From Macrostomum lignano (lineage: Eukaryota): a DNA stretch of 64,000 nucleotides. The notes beneath the pieces were generated by a model. The model was not told the DNA's origin, did not search any database, and saw nothing but the letters and a program-made list of their open reading frames with translations. Each line of letters starts with the position of its first letter. Position 1 is the first letter of the stretch. This document shows, in pieces, positions 1 through 37,135 of this stretch. The stretch covers positions 62,001-126,000 of the forward strand of contig NIVC01001551.1 in NCBI GenBank assembly GCA_002269645.1, given 5' to 3'. A program made the position numbers and the translations under genes.

Positions 1-181
1 AGTAGTTGTAGAAATCAAACCGTGGCGGTTAGGTGGGTCCTTATCAGCCAATAGAAATCGAGGAGGGGTAGAAATCAAACCGTGGCGGTTAGGTGGGTCC
101 TTATCAGCCAATAGAAATCGAGGAGGGGTAGAAATCAAACCGTGGCGGTTAGGTGGGTCCTTATCAGCCAATAGAAATCGC
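1..181. repeat. 60-bp tandem repeat, about 3 copies (in SLC24 intron 10)
   Basis: AGAAATCAAACCGTGGCGGTTAGGTGGGTCCTTATCAGCCAATAGAAATCG recurs with period 60. Confidence 0.95.
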
Positions 182-296
182 TATCAGCCAATAGGAACCG
201 AGGAACAGAGGAATCAAGGAAGGATAGATTCGATGCGTTGATTTAGAGGGAAAGTACTGACTTAGCTCGTATAAAAATTCCAATAACTGAGCTCAC

Positions 297-11679
<11,383 letters not shown>

Positions 11680-12640
11680 GGAAACTCACCTGGAGATCTC
11701 ACCTGGGTGTTTCTCACCTGCTGGTACCGTACCGGGGACCTCGCTAGCCGCTAGACTAAATTACTACGGAACAACAAAGTACACATAATTGATAAGATGA
11801 CATGCCACATTGCTCAATCAAGATCGTACCGAACAATTCTTTTTGAGTCCCAAACGCCAGTCTCTATGCGCGAGTGGCAGGCCAACACTGACCAATGACT
11901 GCAGGGCAGGCAGACGGCTGCTAGGGTTGTGGGAGAGAGACACAGTGCAGTTTGGGAATTTCCTGACACATTCCTTATTTTACACATTCCCTGACACATT
12001 CCTTCATTTCCTTAAATGACACATTCCGTAACTGACATTCCTTATTTACACATTACACAAGTGACACAATCCTTAATTTACAAATTCCTTAATTTACACA
12101 TTCCCTAACTGACACATTCCTTAAATGACACATTCCCACACACACACACATTCTGACACATACATTAATTTACACATTCCCTAACAGAAACATTCCTTAA
12201 ACTACACATTCCTGAAATGGCACATTCCTCAAAAGACGAGTAACTCGTATACAATCAGTATTAAAAGGTGTCACTCATATATTCGTAGTCACCAGTTGTA
12301 ATAGAACCAGCTATGCAGACAATCCAACCATTCGCAACCAACATTCTAAAAGTACAACAGGCCCTGGTTAATCCTGTACAGTAGACTTGCAGTATCGAAT
12401 TACAACAGGTGAGCTCAAATTAACTGAAAGCAGAGAGCTGTGAAGCATGAAATAATACTGGTAGTTTATTCCTTCAGTTAAAATGCACCTGGCCTCTTCT
12501 TGAAACCAAAAAAACTGTGCTCTGATAACATTTGGTTAGACTGAACCACCTTAAACTGTGTTCGTTTTATAATGCCTTAAGTAGAATACTTATAACATTT
12601 TGTGCCTTTTACACAAAAAGCATGTCTTAACCCACCTAGC

Positions 12641-15600
12641 TGTAGCCTGAAGCAGGTCCTATGTAGTCTAGCCTGAAGCGGGGGACTAGTTGTAGGCTGA
12701 AGCGGGGGACTAGTTGTAGGCTGAAGCGGGGGACTAATTGTAGCCTGAAGCGGGGGACTAGTTGTAGGCTGAAGCGGGGGACTAGTTGTAGGCTGAAGCG
12801 GGGACTAGTTGTAGCCTGAAGCAGGTCCTATGTAGTCTAGCCTGAAGCGGGGGACTAGTTGTAGGCTGAAGCGGGGGACTAGTTGTAGGCTGAAGCGGGG
12901 ACTAGTTGTAGGCTGAAGCGGGGGACTAGTTGTAGGCTGAAGCGGGGACTAGTTGTAGCCTGAAGCAGGTCCTATGTAGTCTAGCCTGAAGCGGGGGACT
13001 AGTTGTAGGCTGAAGCGGGGGACTAGTTGTAGGCTGAAGCGGGGGACTAGTTTTAGGCTGAAGCGGGGACTAGTTGTAGGCTGAAGCGGGGACTAGTTGT
13101 AGCCTGAAGCGGGGGACTAGTTGTAGGCTGAAGCGGGGGACTAGTTGTAGGCTGAAGCGGGGACTAGTTGTAGGCTGAAGCGGGGAGTAGTTGTAGGCTG
13201 AAGCGGGGACTAGTTGAAGGCTGAAGCGGGGGACTAGTTGTAGCCTGAAGCAGGTCCTATGTAGTCTAGCCTGAAGCGGGGGACTAGTTGTAGGCTGAAG
13301 CGGGGGACTAGTTGTAGGCTGAAGCGGGGACTAGTTGTAGCCTGAAGCGGGGGACTAGTTGTAGGCTGAAGCGGGGGACTAGTTGTAGGCTGAAGCGGGG
13401 ACTAGTTTTAGGCTGAAGCGGGGACTAGTTGTAGGCTGAAGCGGGGACTAGTTGTAGGCTGAAGCGGGGGACTAGTTGTAGGCTGAAGCGGGGACTAGTT
13501 GTAGGCTAAAGCGGGGACTAGTTGTAGGCTGAAGCGGGGACTAGTTGTAGGCTGAAGCGGGGACTAGTTGTAGGCTGAAGCGGGGACTAGTTGTAGGCTG
13601 AAGCGGGGACTAGTTGTAGGCTGAAGCGGGGGACTAGTTTTAGGCTGAAGCGGGGACTAGTTGTAGGCTGAAGCGGGGACTAGTTGTAGGCTGAAGCGGG
13701 GGACTAGTTTTAGGCTGAAGCGGGGACTAGTTGTAGGCTGAAGCGGGGACTAGTTGTAGGCTGAAGCGGGGACTAGTTGTAGGCTGAAGCGGGGGACTAG
13801 TTTTAGGCTGAAGCGGGGACTAGTTGTAGGCTGAAGTGGGGACTAGTTGTAGGCTGAAGCGGGGGACTAGTTTTAGGCTGAAGCGGGGACTAGTTGTAGG
13901 CTGAAGCGGGGACTAGTTGTAGGCTGAAGGGGACTAGTTTTAGGCTGAAGCGGGGACTAGTTGTAGGCTGAAGCGGGGACTAGTTGTAGGCTGAAGCGGA
14001 GACTAGTTGTAGGCTGAAGCGGGGGACTAGTTGTAGGCTGAAGCGGGGACTAGTTGTAGCCTGAAGTGGGGACTAGTTGTAGGCTGAAGCGGGGGACTAG
14101 TTTTAGGCTGAAGCGGGGACTAGTTGTAGGCTGAAGCGGGGACTAGTTGTAGGCTGAAGCGGGGGACTAGTTTTAGGCTGAAGCGGGGGACTAGTTGAAG
14201 GCTGAAGCGGGGGACTAGTTTTAGGCTGAAGCGGGGACTAGTTGAAGGCTGAAGCGGGGACCAGTTGTAGGCTGAAGCGGGGACTAGTTGAAGGCTGAAG
14301 CGGGGACTAGGCTGAAGCGGGGATTAGTTGTAGGCTGAAGCGCGGACTAGTTGTAGGCTGAAGCGGGGACTAGTTGTAGGCTGAAGCGGGGGACTAGTTG
14401 TAGGCTGAAGCGGGGACTAGTTGTAGGCTGAAGCGGGGACTAGTTGTAGGCTGAAGCGGGGACTAGTTTTAGGCTGAAGCGGGGACTAGTTGTAGGCTGA
14501 AGCGGGACTAGTTGTAGGCTGAAGCGGGGGACTAGTTTTAGGCTGAAGCGGGGACTAGTTGTAGGCTGAAGCGGGGACTAGTTGTAGGCTGAAGCGGGGA
14601 CTAGTTGTAGGCTGAAGCGGGGGACTAGTTGTAGGCTGAAGCGGGGACTAGTTGTAGGCTGAAGTGGGGACTAGTTGTAGGCTGAAGCGGGGGACTAGTT
14701 TTAGGCTGAAGCGGGGACTAGTTGTAGGCTGAAGCGGGGACTAGTTGTAGGCTGAAGTGGGGACTAGTTGTAGGCTGAAGCGGGGGACTAGTTTTAGGCT
14801 GAAGCGGGGACTAGTTGTAGGCTGAAGCGGGGACTAGTTGTAGGCTGAAGCGGGGACTAGTTTTAGGCTGAAGCGGGGGACTAGTTGAAGGCTGAAGCGG
14901 GGACTAGTTTTAGGCTGAAGCGGGGACTAGTTGAAGGCTGAAGCGGGGACTAGTTGTAGGCTGAAGCGGGGACTAGTTGAAGGCTGAAGCGGGGACTAGG
15001 CTGAAGCGGGGATTAGTTGTAGGCTGAAGCGCGGACTAGTTGTAGGCTGAAGCGGGGACTAGTTGTAGGCTGAAGCGGGGACTAGTTTTAGGCTGAAGCG
15101 GGGACTAGTTGTAGGCTGAAGCGGGGACTAGTTGTAGGCTGAAGCGGGGGACTAGTTTTAGGCTGAAGCGGGGACTAGTTGTAGGCTGAAGCGGGGACTA
15201 GTTGTAGGCTGAAGCGGGGACTAGTTGTAGGCTGAAGCGGGGACTAGTTGTAGGCTGAAGCGGGGACTAGTTGTAGGCTGAAGCGGGGACTAGTTGTAGG
15301 CTGAAGCGGGGGACTAGTTTTAGGCTGAAGCGGGGACTAGTTGTAGGCTGAAGCGGGGACTAGTTGTAGGCTGAAGCGGGGGACTAGTTTTAGGCTGAAG
15401 CGGGGACTAGTTGAAGGCTGAAGCGGGGGACTAGTTTTAGGCTGAAGCGGGGACTAGTTGAAGGCTGAAGCGGGGACTAGTTGTAGGCTGAAGCGGGGAC
15501 TAGTTGAAGGCTGAAGCGGGGACTAGGCTGAAGCGGGGATTAGTTGTAGGCTGAAGCGCGGACTAGTTGTAGGCTGAAGCCGGGGGACTAGTTGTAGGCT

Positions 15601-16610
15601 GAAGCGGGGACTAGTTGAAGGCTGAAGCGGGGACTAGGCTGAAGCGGGGATTAGTTGTAGGCTGAAGCGGGGATTAGTTGTAGGCTGAAGCGCGGAATAG
15701 TTGTAGGCTGAAGCCGGGGGACTAGTTGTAGGCTGAAGCGGGGACTAGTTGTAGGCTGAAGCGGCGGACTAGTTGTAGGCTGAAGCCGGGGGACTAGTTG
15801 TAGGCTGAAGCGGGGACTAGTTGTAGGCTGAAGCGGGAACTAGTTGTGGGCTGAAGCGGGGGACTAGTTGTAGGCTGAAGCGGGGGACTAGCTTTAGGCT
15901 GAAGCGGGAACTAGTTGTGGGCTGAAGCGGGGACTAGTTGTAGGCTGAAGCGGGGGACTAGCTTTAGGCTGAAGCGGGGACTAGTTGTAGGCTGAAGCGG
16001 GGGACTAGTTGTAGGCTGAAGCGGGGACTAGTTGTAGGCTGAAGCGGGGACTAGTTGTAGGCTGAAGCGGGGGACTAGCTTTAGGCTGAAGCGGGGACTA
16101 GTTGTAGGCTGAAGCGGGGACTAGTTGTAGGCTGAAGCGGGGGACTAGCTTTAGGCTGAAGCGGGGACTAGTTGTAGGCTGAAGCGGGGGACTAGCTTTA
16201 GGCTGAAGCAGGGACTAGTTGTAGGCTGAAGCGGGGACTAGCTTTAGGCTGAAGCGGGGACTAGTTTTAGGCTGAAGCGGGGGACTAGTTTTAGGCTGAA
16301 GCGGGGACTAGTTGTAGGCTGAAGCGGGGGACTAGTTGTAGGCTGAAGCGGGGACTAGTTGTAGGCTGAAGCGGGGACTAGTTGAAGGCTGAAGCGGGGA
16401 CTAGGCTGAAGCGGGGGACTAGTTGTGGGCTGAAGCGGGGGACTAGTTGTAGGCTGAAGCGGGGACTAGTTGTAGGCTGAAGCGGGGACTAGTTGAAGGC
16501 TGAAGCGGGGACTAGGCTGAAGCGGGGGACTAGTTGTGGGCTGAAGCGGGGGACTAGTTGTAGGCTGAAGCGGGGGACTAGTTTTAGGCTGAAGCGGGGG
16601 ACTAGTTGAA
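12641..16610. repeat. About 4-kb 23-24-bp minisatellite (GGCTGAAGCGGGGACTAGTTGTA)n between SLC24 and DDX3
   Basis: About 170 copies with recurring variant blocks. Confidence 0.99.
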
Positions 16611-17283
16611 GTACAGCCCCAAGTCGAAACACAATTGGCAAAAACCGAGTTTCCAGTTCAAAGTCGGAAATTTGTTTTGGAAGAAAGAAATGAAAAGGCA
16701 AAAGCAGTTGGGCTCAGTTCAAAAGCATATTTTGTGATTTTTCATTTTTAACGGCACTGGCTGTCAGCACTCCGTGTCTCTCATATCGAATTTATTATAA
16801 CGCTGTTTGTGTTTCTTTAAACCACTTGCCTTTCTAATTAATTTTCTCAAGCTTGCTGCCGCATCATTGGGGAGTCTGGGCCGGAGCAGGAATTGCCGCG
16901 TCCAGAAGTTCTCCGGAGAAAAAAAAGCAAATTCACTTCAGGAGGCGGAGTTGGCCTTTCAGACTCGGCGGCGGCAGCAAAAATAAATAGCTATAAATAA
17001 ATATTTCAATCGTCAAGCAGGACAAGTGAGAGACAAACAAAAAACACGAAAAAACACACAAGAAACAAACAAAGAGAGAAGGGAGACGCGAGCTGCGTCG
17101 ACAAGGTTGCTGAGCTCTGCGCGGACGCACAACTCGCTTGGCTGGCCTACGCAGAGCGATCTGGGAGGCAGGGTTGATGAAGCAAAACAAAACGCAAAAC
17201 GGACGGGGCCAACTAATCATGGTGGGAGGGGCGGTGTGGGCCGTTTTCATATTCAATAAATACATGCAAATATAATATAGAGC

Positions 17284-17754
17284 CACAGATACAGGAATAA
17301 CTAGATAGGCCACTCAGCACATTTGCGTGTAAGCTACTTTCAGTTCAGTAGTAAGTTAAACAGAAGCATTTTAATGTATTTTTAAAGCCAAGGCTTATTT
17401 ATTGGCTGTTTAATTACCCCATTCATTTATCACCCCAGCTTAATCCCTCCAACCGCGCCTTTCCACACTGCCCCCCCCGGCCCGCCCCAATTTTTATTGC
17501 CTTTCTCGGAATTCCAGCCTAAATCTGCCATGTACATTTCAGTGGACTGGCTAATGTACATTATTGCTGAACCAATTAGCAAGCTGTTTACGCCTGCAAG
17601 CTTGGGCTTCTAATCTTATCAAAGTCATTTCAGCTGTCTTTACTTTTATAAAATAGCTTATGTATTCTTCTTTGCTACTGAACTGAAAGTAGAAAGCTGT
17701 TTTACTAAGTATATATGCCTGAGTGGCCTATCTAGTGTTATTTTAGTATCTGTG
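17284..17754. mobile_element. MITE-like element, copy 1 (long imperfect TIRs)
   Basis: CTACTTTCAGTTCAGTAG / CTACTGAACTGAAAGTAG inverted core plus outer CACAGATA..CTAGATAGGCCACTCAG inverted arms; second copy at 19698. Confidence 0.75.
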
Positions 17755-18941
17755 TATAAAGATAAGAGTGCACAGTTTGAGAAACAGTCCAAACTGCTGA
17801 ATGGGGTGTACAAAGACAGGATCCGATGACGCAGCGTAGTAAGCATTAATAAATCATAGTTTTATAGTTTTTAGACACTGAACTATATAAGGATTGCCTA
17901 ACGGTAGCAAGAGAAGGGTAGCAAATGATACGGCAGAGGCCTGACGGCTGTTCCAAGGAATTAAGAATTCGCTTCGGCACGAGTAACAACAGCAGCTATT
18001 ATTATTATTAATATTAATAAAAGTAATATTAACATAATAACGAGCTTAAAGGAGCAACAAAAAACTAGGTACTAAGCAATGCTGTTATCGGCTACTAATA
18101 AGTAAATTATTATGACATATAAATGAGTGAAAACAAGAGCAGCGGAATCTATGAAAGACTGCCTCGGAGCTTTCCTAGTTTCCGCCTGTTGAAATTAGAG
18201 AAATATTAATTATAACAAAGCTGATTTTACACACAAACTTATTTTATTGAGTCGATGCAAGAGAGAAGAGACACCTGCGCAAGGACTATTTTTTGCTGGG
18301 CGACAGTTGAACAAATTACATCAATTGAGGCTAACAGCCAATGCGTTTGGGGCTGAACGCGGATATGATAACTAATTAATTAGTTCCATTAATTATTAAA
18401 TCAACAACGTTAAATATTTATTATATATATATGGGACCAGGATAAAAAACTGTGGGAGTTGGGGACGCATACACCAAAACAATTATGTATATATAAATAG
18501 TTAGCGGATAATTAGTGTGTAGGGCTGCGTTAACACGGCTGGTTTAGTAAAACAAATGATTGCCCCTTTATGAACTTTTTAGTTACTTAGTTAAAACAAA
18601 AAAAACTTACTTATTTTAGATAGATATTTCAGAGCAGCTCAGGTCGTGCAGAGATGGCATCGTAAAAACACAAGTTACTCACGCCAGCTGGCCTACTAAT
18701 TAACAGTAGCGGGACTCAAACCTAGAAAAAGAAACTCAACTTAATGCATCTCAATGATGAAGTCCTTTCCAGCAGTATATTCAGAGTTCTACTGTTAATT
18801 ACTAGGCAGTGAAATGAGAACGGGGATGAGAACGGGTGAAGGCGCAGAAGAAAACAATTCCCACACAAACCAGGTAGTCAAGTCTGCAATTAATACCTGC
18901 TAAAGTAGGTCAAATAAAGCCAACACTGCAGCTCCAACACC

Positions 18942-31308
<12,367 letters not shown>

Positions 31309-33604
31309 CGAAACACAACTTAAAACCTTTTAATTAAAGAATTACAATCTGGTTGTACCGAAAAATACGCTAAACTTAGTTTACTTATTAAAAAAGTAAC
31401 GTATATTGAAACAACAGTATCACTTAAAACAGACGTAAAGTTGCTGTTAGACGAAATATTCTAACTGAATACTTTATCTCTAGATAAACTGTTAACTGTA
31501 TTGTTATTTTTTCGTTTCTCGCTACTCGCTTCATAAAATTATTTCAAAGCCGAAGTGAAATGTACAAATCGAAAATTTGCGCCGTTGCTTGTACTGGTTT
31601 AAACATTTTTAGCTTGTGTGCTAGATTTTTTAACAGTTTTAGTAAAAAGATGAAACATCTTTAACAACAAAAACGTTTTTTAAACGTTTAAATTTGTTTC
31701 AGTAAGAATTTTAAGCTACAAAAATCTATTTTACGCAATTATTTAAAAGTATTCTGCGTTTAAGGATTCAATATGATCTGATCTGATATGCATACTGATG
31801 ATGATTCATTAAAAAATTAGTCTTATCTAGCTGAACTGCTAAAGTTGTTTTGGATTTTAAAATATGGCCGTGTTTGGTTTGAATAGTAAATTGGTTTGAT
31901 AATAGTACCACTAATAAGCGGTGATAGCATTAGTGCCACATGACTTCAAACAATTATGCTATAGACAGTATAGTAGGCCTAGGCTATAGGCTAGGCCTAG
32001 CCGCCTAGTGTTTTTCTGGTAATGGCTTTTTTAAGCCATGGCCAGAAAAACTTGGGCCATACTTGTTTGACGTATAACTTATACAAGATCTATTGGATTG
32101 TAGTGCTAATATAGCTTAACCCACCCCACCCCCCTCGAAAATTTTCTGGACAAACCCGACTTGGCTGACTGAGTCGAGTGTTTGTTTCTATTGTTGTATT
32201 GATATACTTATAATCAAGTCAATATATCATGCATATAGCCAGGAATAGGAGTTAGACAGTGTGGGGCACCAGTCCATTGATAAGCATTAATAAGTGTTAT
32301 GATTTTTTTTCATAAAAATTGATTAATAGACTGCCAATAACAATAAGATATTTTTAGGCCCCCCTAAAAACCCCTAAAAACTAGGCCCCCCTAATAGATA
32401 AACAAATTTGTGTTAGGCCTAGGCCCAATAATTTTATGAGTTGAGTACTTGAGTTAACAACAGATTCATCATTAGCATTAATGGCAATGTCAATGACCAA
32501 AGATGCAAAAAAAGAACAAAAATACAAGTGTAATAAAGAAGTTATAAAATTACAAATATATTTGAATTTATCTAAATGCCTAATTAATTTCTTTATGACA
32601 ATGATCATGCAAATGTAACAACTTCTTACTAATGAACTTTAATAATGAATTAAAATAATAAGCTTTATTGCTTATATATGTGAACATCAATTGCTTTGAT
32701 TTATTTATTTCTTTCCTAATCTTTTATAAATTTTTGCTATGCCTGCTAAGTGACACTATAGAAACATCTGTAAATTCATATTATTAATATTAATTAATTT
32801 GCAAGCTTCAAATAAATAAATTACTTTTTTACTATTTAGTTACTTTTAGTAAGTATTATAATTATATATACAAGCTTTTTTAATTTTTATTTATTACTTT
32901 TTAGCTTGTTGTTGTAAACTGCTTAGATAACCTTTGTGTTATTGCTAAAAAGATAAAAAATAATATAGTGCAATATCAAAGTTGTTTATAGTTTTTATAA
33001 TAACTTTTAGATTAACAATTGTTAATATGTTAACTTTAATAGACTTTCAGTTACCTTAACAAAATTAAGAATTAGTAAATAAAGATTTTTTTCTTTTAAT
33101 GCTAGCATTTTTGCTATTAACAGAAGTTAAGATTTTTATTAATGGTGCCCAATGGGTTATACATTATTATATTTTTGAGATCTTTAACAGTCAAAATCTA
33201 TATTTTTAAGATAATCGAGATTCAATCAAGATTTAAGATTAAGCCTAATTAGCATCTAATACTAATAGACCTATTTTATTTATACTATTCTATTTATCAA
33301 TGCTAATATTGTTATTGTTATCTACAATATTTAGTATGCTATATATGCTTTTATATTCATACAAGCTGTTGAAACCCGCGGATTTTGAACCCGGGGAATT
33401 CTAATCTCCGGAACTACTTTTGCATGTATTCTGAAATCTAAGGCCATACACTAACAAATTAATAGTAGGATAGAGGTAGACATAAAATGGAGCACATTCG
33501 TGTAAAATTAGGGTTTGAGGCAAACGTTGATATTGTTGGCTGGGGTACTGCGCAGAATGTCAGGCAATGTCTGTCTGACTCTAAAACATATATTGCTAAA
33601 CTCT

Positions 33605-34067
33605 GGTCTCTCCCTGACTCTCCCTACGTCCCTTGGATCCTTTAAAATTTCTATCGTCTCTTTGTTTCCTTTCTTCTCTCTCATCCCTCGTCTCTCCTCT
33701 CTCTTCTCTCCTCTCTTCTCTTGTATCTTCCCTCATCTCTCTTCTGTTTCATCTCTCTTCCCTATTCTTTTCTCTCTCCTCTTCTCTCTCCTTTCTACTT
33801 TTCGTTTTCTCTCTGCTCTTCTCTCTCCTCTCTACTCTTTCGTTTTCTCTCTCCTCTCCTCTCTCCTCTCTCCCCTCTTCTCTCGTCTCTCCCCTCACAT
33901 CTTTCCTCTCTCTCTTTCCACTCATCTCTTTTCTTGTTTTATATCTTCTCTCTCCCCTCGTCGCCCGTCTCTTCCCTCACCTCTCTTCTCTCTCGTCTGC
34001 TCTTTCATCTCTCCTTTCTCTTCTTTTATCTTTTCTCTCTTATCTCTTCTCGTTTCTATCTGCTCTG

Positions 34068-34142
<75 letters not shown>

Positions 34143-35120
34143 CTCTTTATTCTCCTATTTCCTCTTCTCTCTCCCTGTCTCTCCTCTCTCCTCTAGTCTC
34201 TGTAATCTCTTCTCTCCCATCTTTCTTCTCCTCTCTACTCTCTCCCCTCCATTCTCCTCTTTTCTCTCCTCTCGCCTCACTCACTTCTCTCTCCCTTTGT
34301 CTCTCCTCTCGTCTCTGTAATCTCTTCTCTCTTATCTCTCTTCTGTTCTCTCTATTCTCCCATCTCTCGTCTGTTCATTTTCGTCTCTGCTCTCAGCTCA
34401 TCCCCCCTCTTTCATCTGTCATCTTTACTGTCTTAATGTTCTTTCATTTTGTCCTCTGTACTCTTTTCTTTCACCTCTTTTGTCTCCTCACTTTCCTTTC
34501 TCCTTTCTTCTCTTCTCTTCTCTTCCCTCTTCTATATACTCTCTCCATCTCTTGTCTCGTCTCTTCTCTCTCCACTCTCCTCCTTTATCTCTCATCTCTC
34601 ATTTCTCATCTCTCCTTACACCTCTCTCATCTGTACAACTTTATCTCTTCTCTCTTCCATTCTCTCTCTTATCTCTCCTTTCTCCTCTTTACTAACTCCT
34701 CTCTACTCGCTCCTCTACACTCTCCTCTCCACTCGCTACTCTACTGTCTACTCTCTCCTATCTACTCTACTGTCTACTCTCTCCTATCTACTCGCTCCTC
34801 TACTCGCTCCTCTACTCTCTCCTCTCTACTCGCCCCTCTACTCGCTCTTCTACTCTCTCCTCTCTACTCGCTCCTCTCTACTCTTTCCTCTCCACTCGCT
34901 ACTCTACTCTCTACTCTCTCCTCTCTACTCGCTACTCTACTCTCTCCTCTCTACTCGCTCCTCTCTACTCTTTCCTCTCTACTCGCTCCTCTACTCTCTC
35001 CTCTCTACTCGCTCCTCTACTCTCTCCTCTCTACTCTCTCCTCTCATCGTCCTCACTCCCTCATCTCTCCTATTATCTTTTATCTTTTCTCTTATTCCCT
35101 CTCTCACCTCTCCTCTCTTT
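33605..35120. repeat. 1.5-kb polypyrimidine (CT-rich) low-complexity tract including a pure (CT)n run at ~34070-34140
   Basis: Seen directly. Confidence 0.97.
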
Positions 35121-35854
35121 TCGAATAGTCTATTCCTTCTTCTCCCCACTCTCAACTGCCCCTCAGCCATAAGCTGGATTCTTTTCTGGACTTAGAGGTA
35201 AAAGTCTGCCCATTCCTGCTTAGAAAGCCAGTTTGTGGGACGTAGTACTCTCATGGCTGTTCTCATGCTTTGATCATGTCACCTTTCTTGCCAATTTGCA
35301 AGCCCTGAAAAGAATTTTTGTATCTTCAGCTCCACTGCAGTCTGCATCAGTCTAACAACCAAGGAAATACGCATTTCTTAGGAGGCCATTTAAAATTTAC
35401 ACAGTACCTTTAAAAGAAACCTAAAATTTCCATGGTGTGCCTAATTTAGTAGGGTTATATTGCATTGCATCGCATCGCCTTTTCATAAATCTTTCGCTTT
35501 TACAAACCATGCTGGATTCCCTCGATTTGCCAATTGCCATCCAGTGTTAAACTGCTGCAGAGTTTGCCAATACAGAGGGGAGGGCAGTGGTTAGAATTCT
35601 CACTAAACTGTTATGGCTAAACGTAGCCTCTCCACTCTCGGGGTGCAGAGAAGGTTATAAATAAAGCTATTCCAAAACACTGTACATTCGCTATGTACAT
35701 TGAGCCCTATCGCCTGACCCTTCGTCTGGACTGCGGGAATGAGTGAGTTGAGCGCCACAAACAACAGAAAAAGCAGACAAACTTCACATGCTTACAGTTT
35801 CTGTTCTGATTGAGTTACAGAGTTAAGACTTAACATTTAGACAGAGAATGAGTC

Positions 35855-36329
35855 AATGAAGAATTGTGTCAAGTTTGAAGTCAATCGCTTCACGTGGAGC
35901 AAACTTATGGCAGCCGAAAGTTAGTCATTTTAAACCCCTTTTTCACATCTGGGCCCAGATCGGGAAAGAGAGGCAGGCGGGCGGAGGTTGGGGTGGCTGC
36001 CTCGCTGAAAAAACAGCCTAACTTTAAAAGTGCACAGCGGCTTTCAGGAGTAACTTTGAGATTTGAAATTTTACACGATTGTGTCAAAATAGTTGAAAAT
36101 TGCCTGTGTCAAATTTGAAGAGAATCGGTAGAAGTGGAGCGGCGCTATGGAGGATTTAGTTAAAAAATCGCGCATTTTGAGCAGTTTTTTGTACTTTTAG
36201 GTAGGAAGACTTGAGTCTAGGAAATTAAAAGGTAGCCTAAGACATTCTCCGTAGTAAGTTTAGGGTGGGTGTAAAGTTTGGTGTAATTTGGTTGAGCGGT
36301 TTGGGAGTCCATAGCGAAGTAATTTGTCC

Positions 36330-36362
<33 letters not shown>

Positions 36363-36386
36363 GTTTTGATTTTTATAGGTAGAGAT
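35855..36386 (+). mobile_element. Lep1/HINE-like non-autonomous Helitron-type element
   Basis: GTGTCAAATTTGAAG..AATCGG and GGTTGAGCGGTTTGGGAG motifs, (GACA)n, then TTTTTATAGGTAGAGAT end; resembles remembered Lep1/DINE-1 architecture. Confidence 0.55.
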
Positions 36387-36962
36387 GATATTTTTTATGC
36401 TTGAATATGTTATCTACATATTTAAACATTTAAAATGCTAATATATGTACAATGATAATAATAGAAGGAAAAACAATTATTACATAATAATTGTACCTAA
36501 ACTAACTAAATTGTAGTTACTAATAGTCGCTTTGTTACAAATCTTGACTTTTTTAACATCTCAAAACCAAGATGATGACTTTTAAAAGTGCTAAGATCTT
36601 GATAATCAAGATCAAGATTGAGATCAATGATTAGGCTATGCAAAAGTAGCTATAGCTGCTCTTGCAACTTCCATAAATTGGATTGTGCTATAACCAAGTA
36701 GTGGAAACATCTATCAATACTATTTGCTTTGTTACAAATGCTCTTAAGCCTACGTTAGCAAGAGGCTACATTTGCTAATAACTAAGTGCAGCTTATGTAT
36801 AGTGCAATGAGTTGATAGCACATTGAGCAGTTGATTAGCTAGCATCATATTATTAGCATCATCATGTAGGAGGATATGGACTCTTTTTTGGTCAATCTCC
36901 TAGTCTCTCAATGTTGTTGAGAACAATGCTAAGATGTTGAGCCTAATGTGAGCATTATCAAA

Positions 36963-37135
36963 TGGCTTTATTAAGAGTAATCATTGCTTTTGCTCAAAGT
37001 CCTCTACTCCTCTGTAATCAAATGAAATGTGAAAGACATGACCTATTAAGAGTAATAGGCTTTATTAAGAGTAATCATTGCTTTTGCTCAAAGTCCTCTA
37101 CTCCTCTGTAATCAAATGAAATGTGAAAGACATGA
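36963..37135. repeat. Direct duplication of ~78 bp
   Basis: GGCTTTATTAAGAGTAATCATTGCTTTTGCTCAAAGTCC...GAAAGACATGA occurs twice. Confidence 0.9.

Noticed and set aside
33515-35195. 537-aa Leu/Ser-rich ORF
   Set aside because: A polypyrimidine tract lacks stop codons by composition; no domain content.
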